From NCBI GenBank assembly GCA_048882485.1, contig JBHLRP010000011.1:1-64000 (forward strand): 64,000 bases of DNA. The letters run 5' to 3'. This stretch comes from Candidatus Thorarchaeota archaeon (GTDB lineage: Archaea > Asgardarchaeota > Thorarchaeia > Thorarchaeales > Thorarchaeaceae). The translations under genes and the position numbers were made by a program. The notes beneath the pieces are model-generated. The model did no database searches, was not told the origin of the DNA, and worked only from the letters and a program-made list of their open reading frames with translations. Positions 9,698-18,771 of this stretch are shown in pieces; position 1 is the first letter of the stretch; each line of letters begins with the position of its first letter.

Positions 9698-9775
9698 GGG
9701 GCCGTAGTCTAGCCTGGATAAGGCACCAGCCTGCGGAGTTGGTAATCCCCGGTTCGAATCCGGGCGGTCCCGCCA
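9698..9775 (+). tRNA. tRNA-Arg(GCG), CCA encoded, no intron
   Basis: Identical to 9282..9359 except the first anticodon base (GCG). Confidence 0.95.
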
Positions 9776-9861
9776 TTATTTCTACAAAAGATTCATCATC
9801 GGCGTGAAGCTTAAATGAGCGTGAAATTCGACAAATATACTAGTCTTGTTCTGAAAAGACA

Positions 9862-11013
9862 ATGGTTGTAGTTGAGTTGCGTATCATGCAGTTCACCCCT
9901 CAGAGAATCGAGCGAGTCCATCGAGCCATGAAGAGCGAAGATACAGAGGCTCTTGTAGTAACAAGAAGGCAGGACGTTCGTTATCTAACGGGGTATGAGA
10001 GTCCCACCAATACTCTTCCTACCGGATGCGTCATTATAATGAATGAGCAGCCTCAGTTGGTTATGTCCAGCCTGCAGCATGAGGCACTAGGTCACAATTC
10101 CATAATGGCTCAAGTCCATCCCATAGATGACAAGCCCTTCGATGAATGGGGTCTTTATCGAAGTGCCAAGTTCTGGGATTCTGTAGTCAAGATTCTCGAG
10201 GATTCCGGAATCGAGAACGGCATAATAGGTCTACAGCAGGAACGTCTCTCAGTAAAAGAGTTCGAATATCTCAAGACAAAGATTCCAGGTGCTGGCTTCA
10301 AGGATTTATCTTCACTCCTTTGGAGGCTAAGACAGGTCAAAGATGATGCAGAGATTGAAGCAATTCGCAAGGCAGTCAAGGTGGCTGAGATTGGAATTCG
10401 GACAGCCCTTGAGATTATTGCCCCAGGCAAGACAGAGGCTGGCGCATCAATTGAGATTGAGGCGGCAATGAGGGCTGCTGGCGGTCAACTGCGAGGCATC
10501 AGAGCTGCAGTGTTATCTGGAAACCGCGGAAGATTTCCTTTCGCACAACCAACCGCCAACAGGATTGGGAAGAACGAGCCAGTGGTTATTGACGTTACAG
10601 TGAGCGAATCAGGGTATTTTGCTGAAGTTGCTAGAACATTGCATAATGGATCTCCAAAGGAATCGCAGCAAAAGGCGTATGATGCAGTATTGCGAGCCTG
10701 CAAAGCTGCTGAAGACAAAATGACAGCTGGAGCTGGAGTTTCAGATGTCTATGGACGAGTAGCCAAGAAAGTGGGGAAGAAGACTCCCATAGGCAGTTTT
10801 CTGCAACCTCTTGGGAACTCAATAGGTCTCGATCTTCGGGAGCCTCCTCTCATGGTTTCATTTAGTAGGGCATCACTAAGAGAGGGAATGGTTCTCTCTC
10901 TCCATCCCACATATTATCACGAAGGGATGGGCGCCGCAAAAATCGGTGATATGTTTCTAATCACTTCCGATGGTTATGAGAATCTGTCAACAATTTCTAG
11001 AGAGACCATGTAG
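9862..11013 (+). CDS. M24B (Xaa-Pro peptidase/creatinase-fold) protein, probably catalytically degenerate
   Basis: Creatinase_N (VRYLTGY), LRQVKDDAEI, pita-bread domain with substituted ligands. Confidence 0.8.
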   Translation: MVVVELRIMQFTPQRIERVHRAMKSEDTEALVVTRRQDVRYLTGYESPTNTLPTGCVIIMNEQPQLVMSSLQHEALGHNSIMAQVHPIDDKPFDEWGLYRSAKFWDSVVKILEDSGIENGIIGLQQERLSVKEFEYLKTKIPGAGFKDLSSLLWRLRQVKDDAEIEAIRKAVKVAEIGIRTALEIIAPGKTEAGASIEIEAAMRAAGGQLRGIRAAVLSGNRGRFPFAQPTANRIGKNEPVVIDVTVSESGYFAEVARTLHNGSPKESQQKAYDAVLRACKAAEDKMTAGAGVSDVYGRVAKKVGKKTPIGSFLQPLGNSIGLDLREPPLMVSFSRASLREGMVLSLHPTYYHEGMGAAKIGDMFLITSDGYENLSTISRETM

Positions 11014-11014
11014 T

Positions 11015-11548
11015 TCAGGGTGTGATTTGCCATCTCTTCAACTTCTTGAAGACTTGTGAGATTGTTTCTGCTATTTCGGACTGCTTTTCCACCTCTTCGC
11101 GTGAGAGCTCCCGTATCTGAGATGCTGGCACGCCTGAATTCAGACTCCTTGGAGGAATCACTATGTTTGCAGGAACAATACTCCCCGGTGCAAGTCTAAT
11201 TCCCTCGCCTAATGTTGCCCCATCGAAAATAACGCAGCCCTCCCCTACGTTAGCACTATCTCCAATATATACGCCATGAATGACAGAGGCGCTGCCAATA
11301 ACGCTGAGATTCCCAATAATAGCTGGGTTCTCTTCGGTATGTGCATGAATAACAACACTGTCCTGAATACAAGTATTCGCTCCAATTCGTACTGAAGCTT
11401 GATCGCCCCTTATCACAGCTCCTGGCCATATGCTGGCACCAGGACCAATCTCAACATCGCCCACTATTGTGGCCTGTTCACTAACGTACGCATTAGCATC
11501 AATTTTCGGATTTTTATCGGCAAATGGAAGAATTGGCAGCGTTTCCAC
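11015..11548 (-). CDS. Gamma-carbonic-anhydrase-like hexapeptide-repeat protein (YrdA/CaiE/PaaY family)
   Basis: IVGDVEIG..ASIWPGAVIRGD, IQDSVVIH, GVPA; GTG start at 11548 after GGAGAG. Confidence 0.85.
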   Translation of the reverse strand: METLPILPFADKNPKIDANAYVSEQATIVGDVEIGPGASIWPGAVIRGDQASVRIGANTCIQDSVVIHAHTEENPAIIGNLSVIGSASVIHGVYIGDSANVGEGCVIFDGATLGEGIRLAPGSIVPANIVIPPRSLNSGVPASQIRELSREEVEKQSEIAETISQVFKKLKRWQITP

Positions 11549-11622
11549 CTCTCCAGACTGGACTCTAGACTGGGTGGTGATAAGACGAATATAAAACATC
11601 ACATGACATTGGGTTGTTCGAT

Positions 11623-12012
11623 TCATTGGGGGAGTATTTGATGGATTACCGATTCAAAATGCCAGGCTGGCCTCTTGCCAATCAATCGATTTGTCTTCTT
11701 CTTGAGGCGGCCACTTGGGTCATCGAAGTCTACAAGCTCTCCATCAAGAAACACCAATATGCAAGGTAGTCCAAAGATGTCATGCTTCGCGCCAAACTCT
11801 GGAAACTCTTGGACATTTATCTGGATGAATGAAATGTCGGGATTATCACTGTACTTCTCATCAACCTCAATCAATGTGGGCACAAGCGCCTTACAGGGTT
11901 CGCACCATGGTGCCCAACAGTCGACGAATGTAAGCCGCGATTCACATATAGCGTATTCAGCATCATCCAAGGTTACTTGACGAAGCAACAGTATCTCTCC
12001 ACGCGATGCCAT
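11623..12012 (-). CDS. Thioredoxin-family protein
   Basis: WAPWCEPC, cis-Pro loop GLP. Confidence 0.85.
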   Translation of the reverse strand: MASRGEILLLRQVTLDDAEYAICESRLTFVDCWAPWCEPCKALVPTLIEVDEKYSDNPDISFIQINVQEFPEFGAKHDIFGLPCILVFLDGELVDFDDPSGRLKKKTNRLIGKRPAWHFESVIHQILPQ

Positions 12013-12051
12013 CAGTCAGCGGAGTCCCTATGAACTTTCTGGAATGTGTGG

Positions 12052-12100
12052 GAGAAAAATAGAAGAAGTAGCCCGGTAGATCCCATCGGGTCCAACCGGG
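12052..12100 (-). terminator. Hairpin plus T-tract downstream of thioredoxin 12113..12469
   Basis: Minus strand cccggt-tggaccc-gat-gggatct-accggg then ctacttcttctattttt. Confidence 0.5.
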
Positions 12101-12112
12101 AGTGCGGATTTC

Positions 12113-12469
12113 CTATGCTTCAGCAAGTAGTTCTTCTACAATCTGCGTGTACACTTCGGGCGGCATGACTCCTACAAGTCTATCGACTTTCCTACCTCCA
12201 CCATCATCAAAAACAACACGCTTTCCCTCACTGTAGACGAACACGCTTGGTACGCCTGTGACACGATTAGTCATACTGAAATCTCTGTTCTGATCCACAT
12301 CCAGCTTGACAACCTTGAACCCTCTTTCCGAATACTTCTCATCCAGCTCTTCAAGAATTGGTGATAGTGTCCTGCAAGGACCACACCAAACTGCGTGGCA
12401 GTCTAGAAATACGACCTTGTTGTCGTTCACAACCTTGTCAAGTTCGTCTTGAGTTATCTCTTCAACCAT
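12113..12469 (-). CDS. trxA: Thioredoxin
   Basis: WCGPC, KLDVD, GVP. Confidence 0.9.
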   Translation of the reverse strand: MVEEITQDELDKVVNDNKVVFLDCHAVWCGPCRTLSPILEELDEKYSERGFKVVKLDVDQNRDFSMTNRVTGVPSVFVYSEGKRVVFDDGGGRKVDRLVGVMPPEVYTQIVEELLAEA

Positions 12470-12602
12470 GTAACTGTCATCTCCCACAAACGGAGCGATT
12501 GTGCGTTCCTCGCGAACAACCGGTTAAAAGTCTTGTTGTGTGTCCAAAAGACCTCCTCCTGCCAAACTTTGATAAGTTCAGCTAAAGGAGGTCGCAGGAA
12601 CG

Positions 12603-15260
12603 GTGTTTATCTTGCCTGTACTTCACTGTCCAAAATGTGGCTCAAAGCTCTACATCAAGAAGGGCGGCCACATATGGACCGTGAGATGTTCTACATGTCA
12701 GGTGGAGATTCTGGAGAATGGTCAGAAGAAGGACCTCTTTGATGCCTATGATGCCTATTCACAAGCCTTGAAGGATGGTACAATCCAACCAACTTCTAGG
12801 GCAAAGTCGAGAAAGCGGTCTAGAGCCTCTTCTACAGCAGACTCGTCTGCAGGTCTGACTAGGGCCAGACGTGCAAGAGGAATACGGGTTCAGTCTGAAG
12901 AGGAAGTTACACGATTGGTGGAAGAAGGCGGAAGTCAACTGGAACTGATTGCAGATTCTGTGCAGTCAATTCTTGGGGGCGGTCAAGATTATCTAGTAAA
13001 GTACCAGTTCATGCAGTCCTCTGATGCCGAGTATGGTAGAGATATTGAAGCCGCAAAGATACCAACAAGATTGAGAGAGCTACTTGCCAAAAAGGGAATA
13101 ACACAGCTGTACAGATTTCAGGATGAAGCCTACGAGGCCATCTTTGCTGGGGAGGATGTTGTGATTGCAGCGCCAACAGCACAGGGTAAGACAGAGGCAT
13201 TCATTCTGCCTATTATTCGGAAACTTTTGATAACGATCAAAGACTCTTTCATGGACCGAGGAATTAGAGCGCTACTAATCTATCCCACCAAGGCTTTAGC
13301 TCGTGACCAGTATGACAAGATTGTGGAGATGAGCAAGGCCTCTGGAGTTACCGTGGGCATCTTTGATGGTGATGTGTCCCAGAGTCAAAGAAGCAAGCTC
13401 TACGCGTCTCCGCCTGATATCCTTCTCACAAATCCTGACGTTCTTCACTATCATCTTGGATGGGCTGGCTCGCGGTTGGTTCCGCTACTGCACACAGTGA
13501 AATATGTGGTTCTAGACGAGATCCACCTATACACAGGGTCCATGGGAGCCAATGTCTACTACATCCTTAAGCGCCTTGAGCTTGAAGCTGGTGAGTTCCA
13601 AAAGGTTGGAGCTTCAGCAACGATCTCTAATCCTAAGGAGTTTGCTGACCAGCTATTCGACAACGAAGTACGCCTAATTGAGTCTGTGAGCGCGAAACGC
13701 GGCCCAATTCACTTCATGATGTTCTATCCGGGTAATCGTAGCAAATACAGCATGATTGTAGACATCGTGAGAAGACTACAGGAGGGTGGCTTCAAGACTC
13801 TGGTATTCGGGAACACTCACTCAGAGGCAGAAGTCCTAAACATGCTCATCAGAGATGTTGGAGTACGGTCAATGGTCCACAGGGCTGGCCTTACGAAGAA
13901 ATACCGCAGCCAAGTCGAATCTCAGTTCAAGTCTGGTGACCTACATTGCCTGGTTTCAACTCCAACCCTCGAGCTGGGGATAGACATTGGAGACCTAGAT
14001 AGTGTCGTAAGTATGATCGTGTCAATAACACGTCTGACTCAGAGAATTGGACGCGCCGGCAGAAAAGGACAAGAGAGTGTGGCAGTCCTTGCCCTTAGAG
14101 AGAATGATCCAATCTCATCCTTCTATCGGCATGAACCCGAGAAATACTTCACAGATATTGATGCCGCCTATATGGAGCCTGAGAATGAAGTGGTTGGCTT
14201 CTACCAACTCATCGCTGCGGCTATGAGCGGCAAGCTGAGTCTCTCGATGTTCCCCCGCCAGAAGAAAATCTTTGACACCTTGGTGGCGGAGGGTCTCGTG
14301 AAGATTGAGGATAGCGGCGAAGTTCGCATTGCTGATTTTGAGTCCGCGCAGAAGAAATGGAGAGGCTATAGCATTCGCGGCATTGGTGATACTGTTCAGA
14401 TTAAGTCGGATAGAAAGACTCTGGGCGAGAGATCAATGCCAATGGCTGCACAGGAACTGCACCCCGGAGCAATATATCTGCACGGTGGTCGCAACTACAT
14501 GTCAGTTGACTTCAAGCATACTCCAGGATTTGGAAGAGCTACGGTTGTCCCCTTTGCAGACCGAAGTGTTCACACGAAGCCGCTCTACTCTACAATGCCC
14601 AAGATTCTGGATATTGTAGAAACCAAGAAGATTCTCGGAATGAATATCATCTACTGCAAACTCGGAATGACTCAGACGGTCTATGGATATGTGAAAAAGG
14701 AAACCAGGTCCGGAAAGGTTGTTGGGAGGTCCGATCTTGCCACTCCACTCACCTACAACTACACAACCAGAGGATTTGCGTTCGGAGCGCCTGAACCTGT
14801 GAAGATGGTAAATGAGTATCTTGAGGGCAAACTCCCTGGTGCGAAGGGAATAAGGATGGGTCCCGCTGAACTCTATGGCGGATCTTTCCATGCACTGGAA
14901 CATGTGGTGATTGAATCTAGCGATATGCTCACAGGAGGAAGCACAAGGGAGATTGGCGGAGTATCTATGGGTGATTCTGGTATAATATTCGTCTATGATG
15001 GAAGTCCTGGAGGAAATGGTGCATCAAAGCTCCTATTCACTCGATTAGATGAGGCATTCAAGCGCACAAAGACAATACTTGAGAAATGTGACTGCAATAC
15101 GATTGATGGATGCCCTCTCTGCACCTACTCATATCAGTGCGGAAATAACAACCGACCTCTCTTTAAGCTCGGTGCCCTGGAGAGTGTGAATCTCATTCTC
15201 GGGGAAGCCAAGACGGAGGTCGACACAGAGGGTTATGCGGGATATGAACCGCTTGTATAG
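12603..15260 (+). CDS. SF2 DEAH helicase with C-terminal DUF1998 (Hrq1/SftH/MrfA family) and N-terminal Zn ribbon
   Basis: APTAQGKT, YPTKALARDQ, TNPD, DEIH, SAT, LELGIDIG, QRIGRAGR, HALEH, YDG.PGG.G, CDC..GCPLC; N-terminal CPKC..CSTC. Confidence 0.9.
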   Translation: MFILPVLHCPKCGSKLYIKKGGHIWTVRCSTCQVEILENGQKKDLFDAYDAYSQALKDGTIQPTSRAKSRKRSRASSTADSSAGLTRARRARGIRVQSEEEVTRLVEEGGSQLELIADSVQSILGGGQDYLVKYQFMQSSDAEYGRDIEAAKIPTRLRELLAKKGITQLYRFQDEAYEAIFAGEDVVIAAPTAQGKTEAFILPIIRKLLITIKDSFMDRGIRALLIYPTKALARDQYDKIVEMSKASGVTVGIFDGDVSQSQRSKLYASPPDILLTNPDVLHYHLGWAGSRLVPLLHTVKYVVLDEIHLYTGSMGANVYYILKRLELEAGEFQKVGASATISNPKEFADQLFDNEVRLIESVSAKRGPIHFMMFYPGNRSKYSMIVDIVRRLQEGGFKTLVFGNTHSEAEVLNMLIRDVGVRSMVHRAGLTKKYRSQVESQFKSGDLHCLVSTPTLELGIDIGDLDSVVSMIVSITRLTQRIGRAGRKGQESVAVLALRENDPISSFYRHEPEKYFTDIDAAYMEPENEVVGFYQLIAAAMSGKLSLSMFPRQKKIFDTLVAEGLVKIEDSGEVRIADFESAQKKWRGYSIRGIGDTVQIKSDRKTLGERSMPMAAQELHPGAIYLHGGRNYMSVDFKHTPGFGRATVVPFADRSVHTKPLYSTMPKILDIVETKKILGMNIIYCKLGMTQTVYGYVKKETRSGKVVGRSDLATPLTYNYTTRGFAFGAPEPVKMVNEYLEGKLPGAKGIRMGPAELYGGSFHALEHVVIESSDMLTGGSTREIGGVSMGDSGIIFVYDGSPGGNGASKLLFTRLDEAFKRTKTILEKCDCNTIDGCPLCTYSYQCGNNNRPLFKLGALESVNLILGEAKTEVDTEGYAGYEPLV

Positions 15261-15268
15261 AACGTGAG

Positions 15269-17218
15269 GTGAATGAAATAACAGAGTTCTTGATTGCTAG
15301 AGGCCATGACGGACCTGCTAGATCGGGCACCTATATCATAAGCGAGATGGCAATTAGCACACCTGCACTTATTGGACCCAGCCAAGCAGAGAAAATCACT
15401 CTAAGATATCGCACCTATGATCGATCAGAACCAGTCAAAGATACTCCTATGATTGTGTCAATTCCAGGTGTCAAGGACATCGAGATGGATAGATTACACG
15501 AGTATGAATCAGTATTGCTTCCCTCGATGATAGCAGAAGATACTCTCAACTCAGAAGCAGGAAAGTTGCTCATGCATCAACAGGAGTCTTTCCTCAAGAA
15601 TCAACGCATTCCGCCGTCACATGCCATTGTACGTGTACCAGGGTCACTCGATACGGAGTCTTACCTACAGAGCCTGCAGCAATTCGGTCATCTTGGGGTG
15701 AGAGCCGCAGCTTTCCGCTTCACAGGAAACCTCGGTCCAAATGACCGCAAAATGCTCATCCTGCGCAGTCAGCTTCCTCGAAATTGGCTTACACTTGCAA
15801 TAGGCCGAATCGAGCCTTATTCAGTACCCTTATTGCATTACTTGGGGTTCGACATCATTGACTCCAGCCGTGCGTTTGAAGCAGCAGCACAGGGAATCCG
15901 GTTGTGGCGTATGGATTCAGAGCAGGTGAGTAATGCTGACAGCGCAAGACACTGCGCATGTCTTGCTTGCGCTCCGTATTCTGATCTCACTATCTTAGAC
16001 AATTCTTCGCTAGTTGAAGTCTTGACAAAACACAATCTCTCGAGATTTCAGATGGTGCTCTCTGAGAGCGCACATGCAATGCAGTCAGGGCACTTGCGGT
16101 GGTTGGTTGAATCACTTACCCATGCATCTCCATCAATAGCCTCTATTCTAAGAAGGGTCGATGCAGAGTTGTATCCATTCTTGGAGGAGTTCACTCCCAC
16201 TGTAGGAAAATCTCCAATGCCTCTCATAGGACCTGAATCATATAATGCGCCAGCAATTAGACGCTTTCGCGAGAAGGTGGCTTCTCGCTTCAAGCCCCCA
16301 GTACATAAGAGGCTAGTCTTGCTCTTGCCTTGTTCAGCGAGAAAGCCATACTCAGACTCAAAGTCACACAAGCGCTTTGCCAGAGCAATCGAGGCTGCAA
16401 TCGGACCTGCGAGATTTGAAATAGCCGAAACGATTCTGACATCTCCCTTGGGAGTCATTCCTCGGGAGTTGGAAAGGATTCATCCAGTGGCACACTATGA
16501 TATTCCTGTGACCGGCGACTGGGATGCAGAGGAAACTGAGATTGCCGTTCACGCTCTCATAACTCATATGGAGAAGTTCGGGGAGTCCACAGTTGTTGTG
16601 GCGCATGTCTCTGGAGGATACCTCGACATTGTGAAGAATGCTGAGGAAAGTTTCAAGCAGACACTGATCTACACTTCCTCTGATGCAAGAGCTACAAGTG
16701 GAACTTCACTTGACATGCTTGATGAAACTCTGAGAGATATGGGTGAACTCGTTCTAAGCGGTGAATATCGGCGAACGGATTTGGAAGACACGCTTCGTGC
16801 TACTGCGGACTTTCAGTTTGGTTTGGGTTCAGGTGAGCTACTCATTCCAGAGGGTGCAGGTCTGAGGGGCAAGCTGTATAGAACAGTCATCTGTCAAATT
16901 GATAAGGAACAAGTCTGTGCATACAATGCTTCTTCCGGAATGTTGTCCCTGACTCTTGCAGGAGCCCGAAGAATCGCAGATTCACAAAAAAGCTGGGTTC
17001 GCTTTGAGGGCAAGGAAGTGAAAGGCGGATCAATTTTCGCAGTTGGAGTGAGGGAGGCGGACTATGGCATTCGCCCCGGTGATGAAGTCATTGTAGTCGA
17101 CAAAAATGATAACGTGGTGGCAGTCGGACGAAGTGAAATGTCTGGAAAAGAGATGTGCGATTTTGAAAAGGGAAGGGCTGTGACAGTCCGTCACAAGCTG
17201 GGGGTGACAGAAGAATGA
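15269..17218 (+). CDS. arcS: Archaeosine synthase subunit alpha (TGT-like N-terminus, DUF5591, PUA)
   Basis: HDGPARSG, LLPCSARKPYSDSKSH, TSPLGVIPRELE, YDIPVTGDW, C-terminal PUA. Confidence 0.9.
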   Translation: MNEITEFLIARGHDGPARSGTYIISEMAISTPALIGPSQAEKITLRYRTYDRSEPVKDTPMIVSIPGVKDIEMDRLHEYESVLLPSMIAEDTLNSEAGKLLMHQQESFLKNQRIPPSHAIVRVPGSLDTESYLQSLQQFGHLGVRAAAFRFTGNLGPNDRKMLILRSQLPRNWLTLAIGRIEPYSVPLLHYLGFDIIDSSRAFEAAAQGIRLWRMDSEQVSNADSARHCACLACAPYSDLTILDNSSLVEVLTKHNLSRFQMVLSESAHAMQSGHLRWLVESLTHASPSIASILRRVDAELYPFLEEFTPTVGKSPMPLIGPESYNAPAIRRFREKVASRFKPPVHKRLVLLLPCSARKPYSDSKSHKRFARAIEAAIGPARFEIAETILTSPLGVIPRELERIHPVAHYDIPVTGDWDAEETEIAVHALITHMEKFGESTVVVAHVSGGYLDIVKNAEESFKQTLIYTSSDARATSGTSLDMLDETLRDMGELVLSGEYRRTDLEDTLRATADFQFGLGSGELLIPEGAGLRGKLYRTVICQIDKEQVCAYNASSGMLSLTLAGARRIADSQKSWVRFEGKEVKGGSIFAVGVREADYGIRPGDEVIVVDKNDNVVAVGRSEMSGKEMCDFEKGRAVTVRHKLGVTEE

Positions 17219-18315
17219 GCAGTCTACCTGTAGGTCTCCAGGAGATTATTAGACAGGCAGCCCTAAGTGCTCGTGGCAGTTCTCTCTCGAGAATCAGAAA
17301 GAAATCTCTAACAGAACCAGCCGCAAAATGGGTGGCACAAAGCCGCATAGGATGCGAGGTGGGACATGCTCTCTCCGTTGTGTTGGCCACTCCAGGTTGT
17401 TCTCACGCTCGTAGTGATAAGGGCGGTTGCACTATGTGTAGCTATCTCCTGGATGGTACCAGCAAGACAGTATCAGCCGAGAATCTAGTCAGGCAATTTC
17501 AGGACGCCATGAACTTGCTTGAGGGGCTCAGGGGTCCAATCTCAATCAAAGTATACACAAGTGGAAGCTTCCTAGATCCGGATGAAATTCCGTTGGAGGC
17601 GAGATCTGTGATTCTGAAAACTATCGCAGAAGACGATCGCGTCCGTCAAGTTGTTCTTGAGTCGCGGCCCGAGTATGTGACTGAAAAAGCCACAGGCCTC
17701 GTTCGGGAGATTCTAGACGATAGGGAAATTGAGATGGGAATGGGCCTTGAGAGCATAGATGACGGTGTGAGGTATCTTTGCATCAATAAGGGCTTCTCGC
17801 TTGGCGAGTTTGAAACTGCACTCAAGACTGCAGCAGTCCATGACATAGGTACTCGAGCATATGTACTCATCAAGCCACCTTTTCTCACTGAAAATGATGC
17901 TTTACTAGATTCAACTCGAACCATTATTGATGCAGTGAAAATGGGGGCTACAACTGTTTCAGTGAATCCTGTGAATGTCCAGAAGCACACCCTTGTTGAG
18001 CGAATGTGGACTAGAGGTGCATATAGGCCCCCATGGCTATGGACCGTCACCGCAACCCTGAAGCAATCAAGAGTTCAGGTGCCTTCCGAAGTAAATATCG
18101 TCTGTGACCCAGTTGCTGCTGGCAAGCCTAGAGGCACTCATAACTGTGGCAGGTGTGACGACGCCTTTGTGAAAGCCATTCGTCAATTCTCATTGGACCA
18201 GAGTCCTCTACATTTCGAAGGGCTTGACTGTGGGTGTAGGTATCAATGGATGCATACTCTAGAACATGAGGACTTCGCACATCTAGTACACTCCTCCAAG
18301 TTCCGTATACCTTAG
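17215..18315 (+). CDS. Archaeosine biosynthesis radical SAM protein RaSEA
   Basis: GC....GGCTMC, YTSGSFLD, ESRPEY, INKG, YVLIKPPFLTE, YRPPWLW, HNCGRCD; overlaps the arcS stop. Confidence 0.9.
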   Translation: MSSLPVGLQEIIRQAALSARGSSLSRIRKKSLTEPAAKWVAQSRIGCEVGHALSVVLATPGCSHARSDKGGCTMCSYLLDGTSKTVSAENLVRQFQDAMNLLEGLRGPISIKVYTSGSFLDPDEIPLEARSVILKTIAEDDRVRQVVLESRPEYVTEKATGLVREILDDREIEMGMGLESIDDGVRYLCINKGFSLGEFETALKTAAVHDIGTRAYVLIKPPFLTENDALLDSTRTIIDAVKMGATTVSVNPVNVQKHTLVERMWTRGAYRPPWLWTVTATLKQSRVQVPSEVNIVCDPVAAGKPRGTHNCGRCDDAFVKAIRQFSLDQSPLHFEGLDCGCRYQWMHTLEHEDFAHLVHSSKFRIP

Positions 18316-18376
18316 AAAACCCTTAAGAGAAACATAGCTGCGGTCCGTTCCATTCTGAAGTGACGAGGTCGTATCG

Positions 18377-18718
18377 ATGTCTGAATATGTGACCAAAGTT
18401 TCAGTCTGGTTCAATAGTGAAGGAGCATCCCCAAGCACTGTGATCAAGAAGATGCTTGAGCTGGGGTTCATTCCTGTTCGCGGAGCCTACGATTTTGTTT
18501 ATGAGCATGAGGAGAGCGACATGAGCGAGTCCGACCTCAGTGAGTCGATACTCGAAATTGCAGATGCGCTACACAAAGCACTATCCGGGTTTCGTGTCTT
18601 CTATACGCTCGACACGTTTCCAAAGGATGAAAGCGAATACATTCCTCTAGCTGACATAGACGCAGAGCTGGACGCAACTCGCAAGGAGCTAGAAGAGATG
18701 GAAAGAGAAGTAGAGTGA
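18377..18718 (+). CDS. Conserved-looking archaeal hypothetical protein
   Basis: FNSEGASPS...LGF.PVRG.YDFVY; RBS GAGGT upstream. Confidence 0.7.
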   Translation: MSEYVTKVSVWFNSEGASPSTVIKKMLELGFIPVRGAYDFVYEHEESDMSESDLSESILEIADALHKALSGFRVFYTLDTFPKDESEYIPLADIDAELDATRKELEEMEREVE

Positions 18719-18722
18719 CCTA

Positions 18723-18753
18723 CTAGGCTGGGGGTCATGACCCCCCTGCCTAG
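18723..18753. terminator. Inverted repeat between convergent genes (putative bidirectional terminator)
   Basis: ctaggc-t-GGGGGTCATGACCCCC-ct-gcctag, containing a perfect 16-bp palindrome. Confidence 0.55.
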
Positions 18754-18771
18754 CAGGAGGATGAGTGAGTT

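Noticed and set aside
9282-9775. tRNA direct repeat as attL/attR of an integrated element
   Set aside because: Both copies are full-length tRNAs with different anticodons, the enclosed DNA is only ~340 bp, and no integrase is present.
9016-9776. Minus-strand ORFs beginning MAGPPGFEPGITNS (9016..9360, 9369..9776)
   Set aside because: These are antisense translations of the two tRNA genes, not proteins.
12052-12100. SECIS-like element after thioredoxin
   Set aside because: No SECIS core motifs are visible, and both thioredoxins have Cys-only CxxC with no in-frame TGA.
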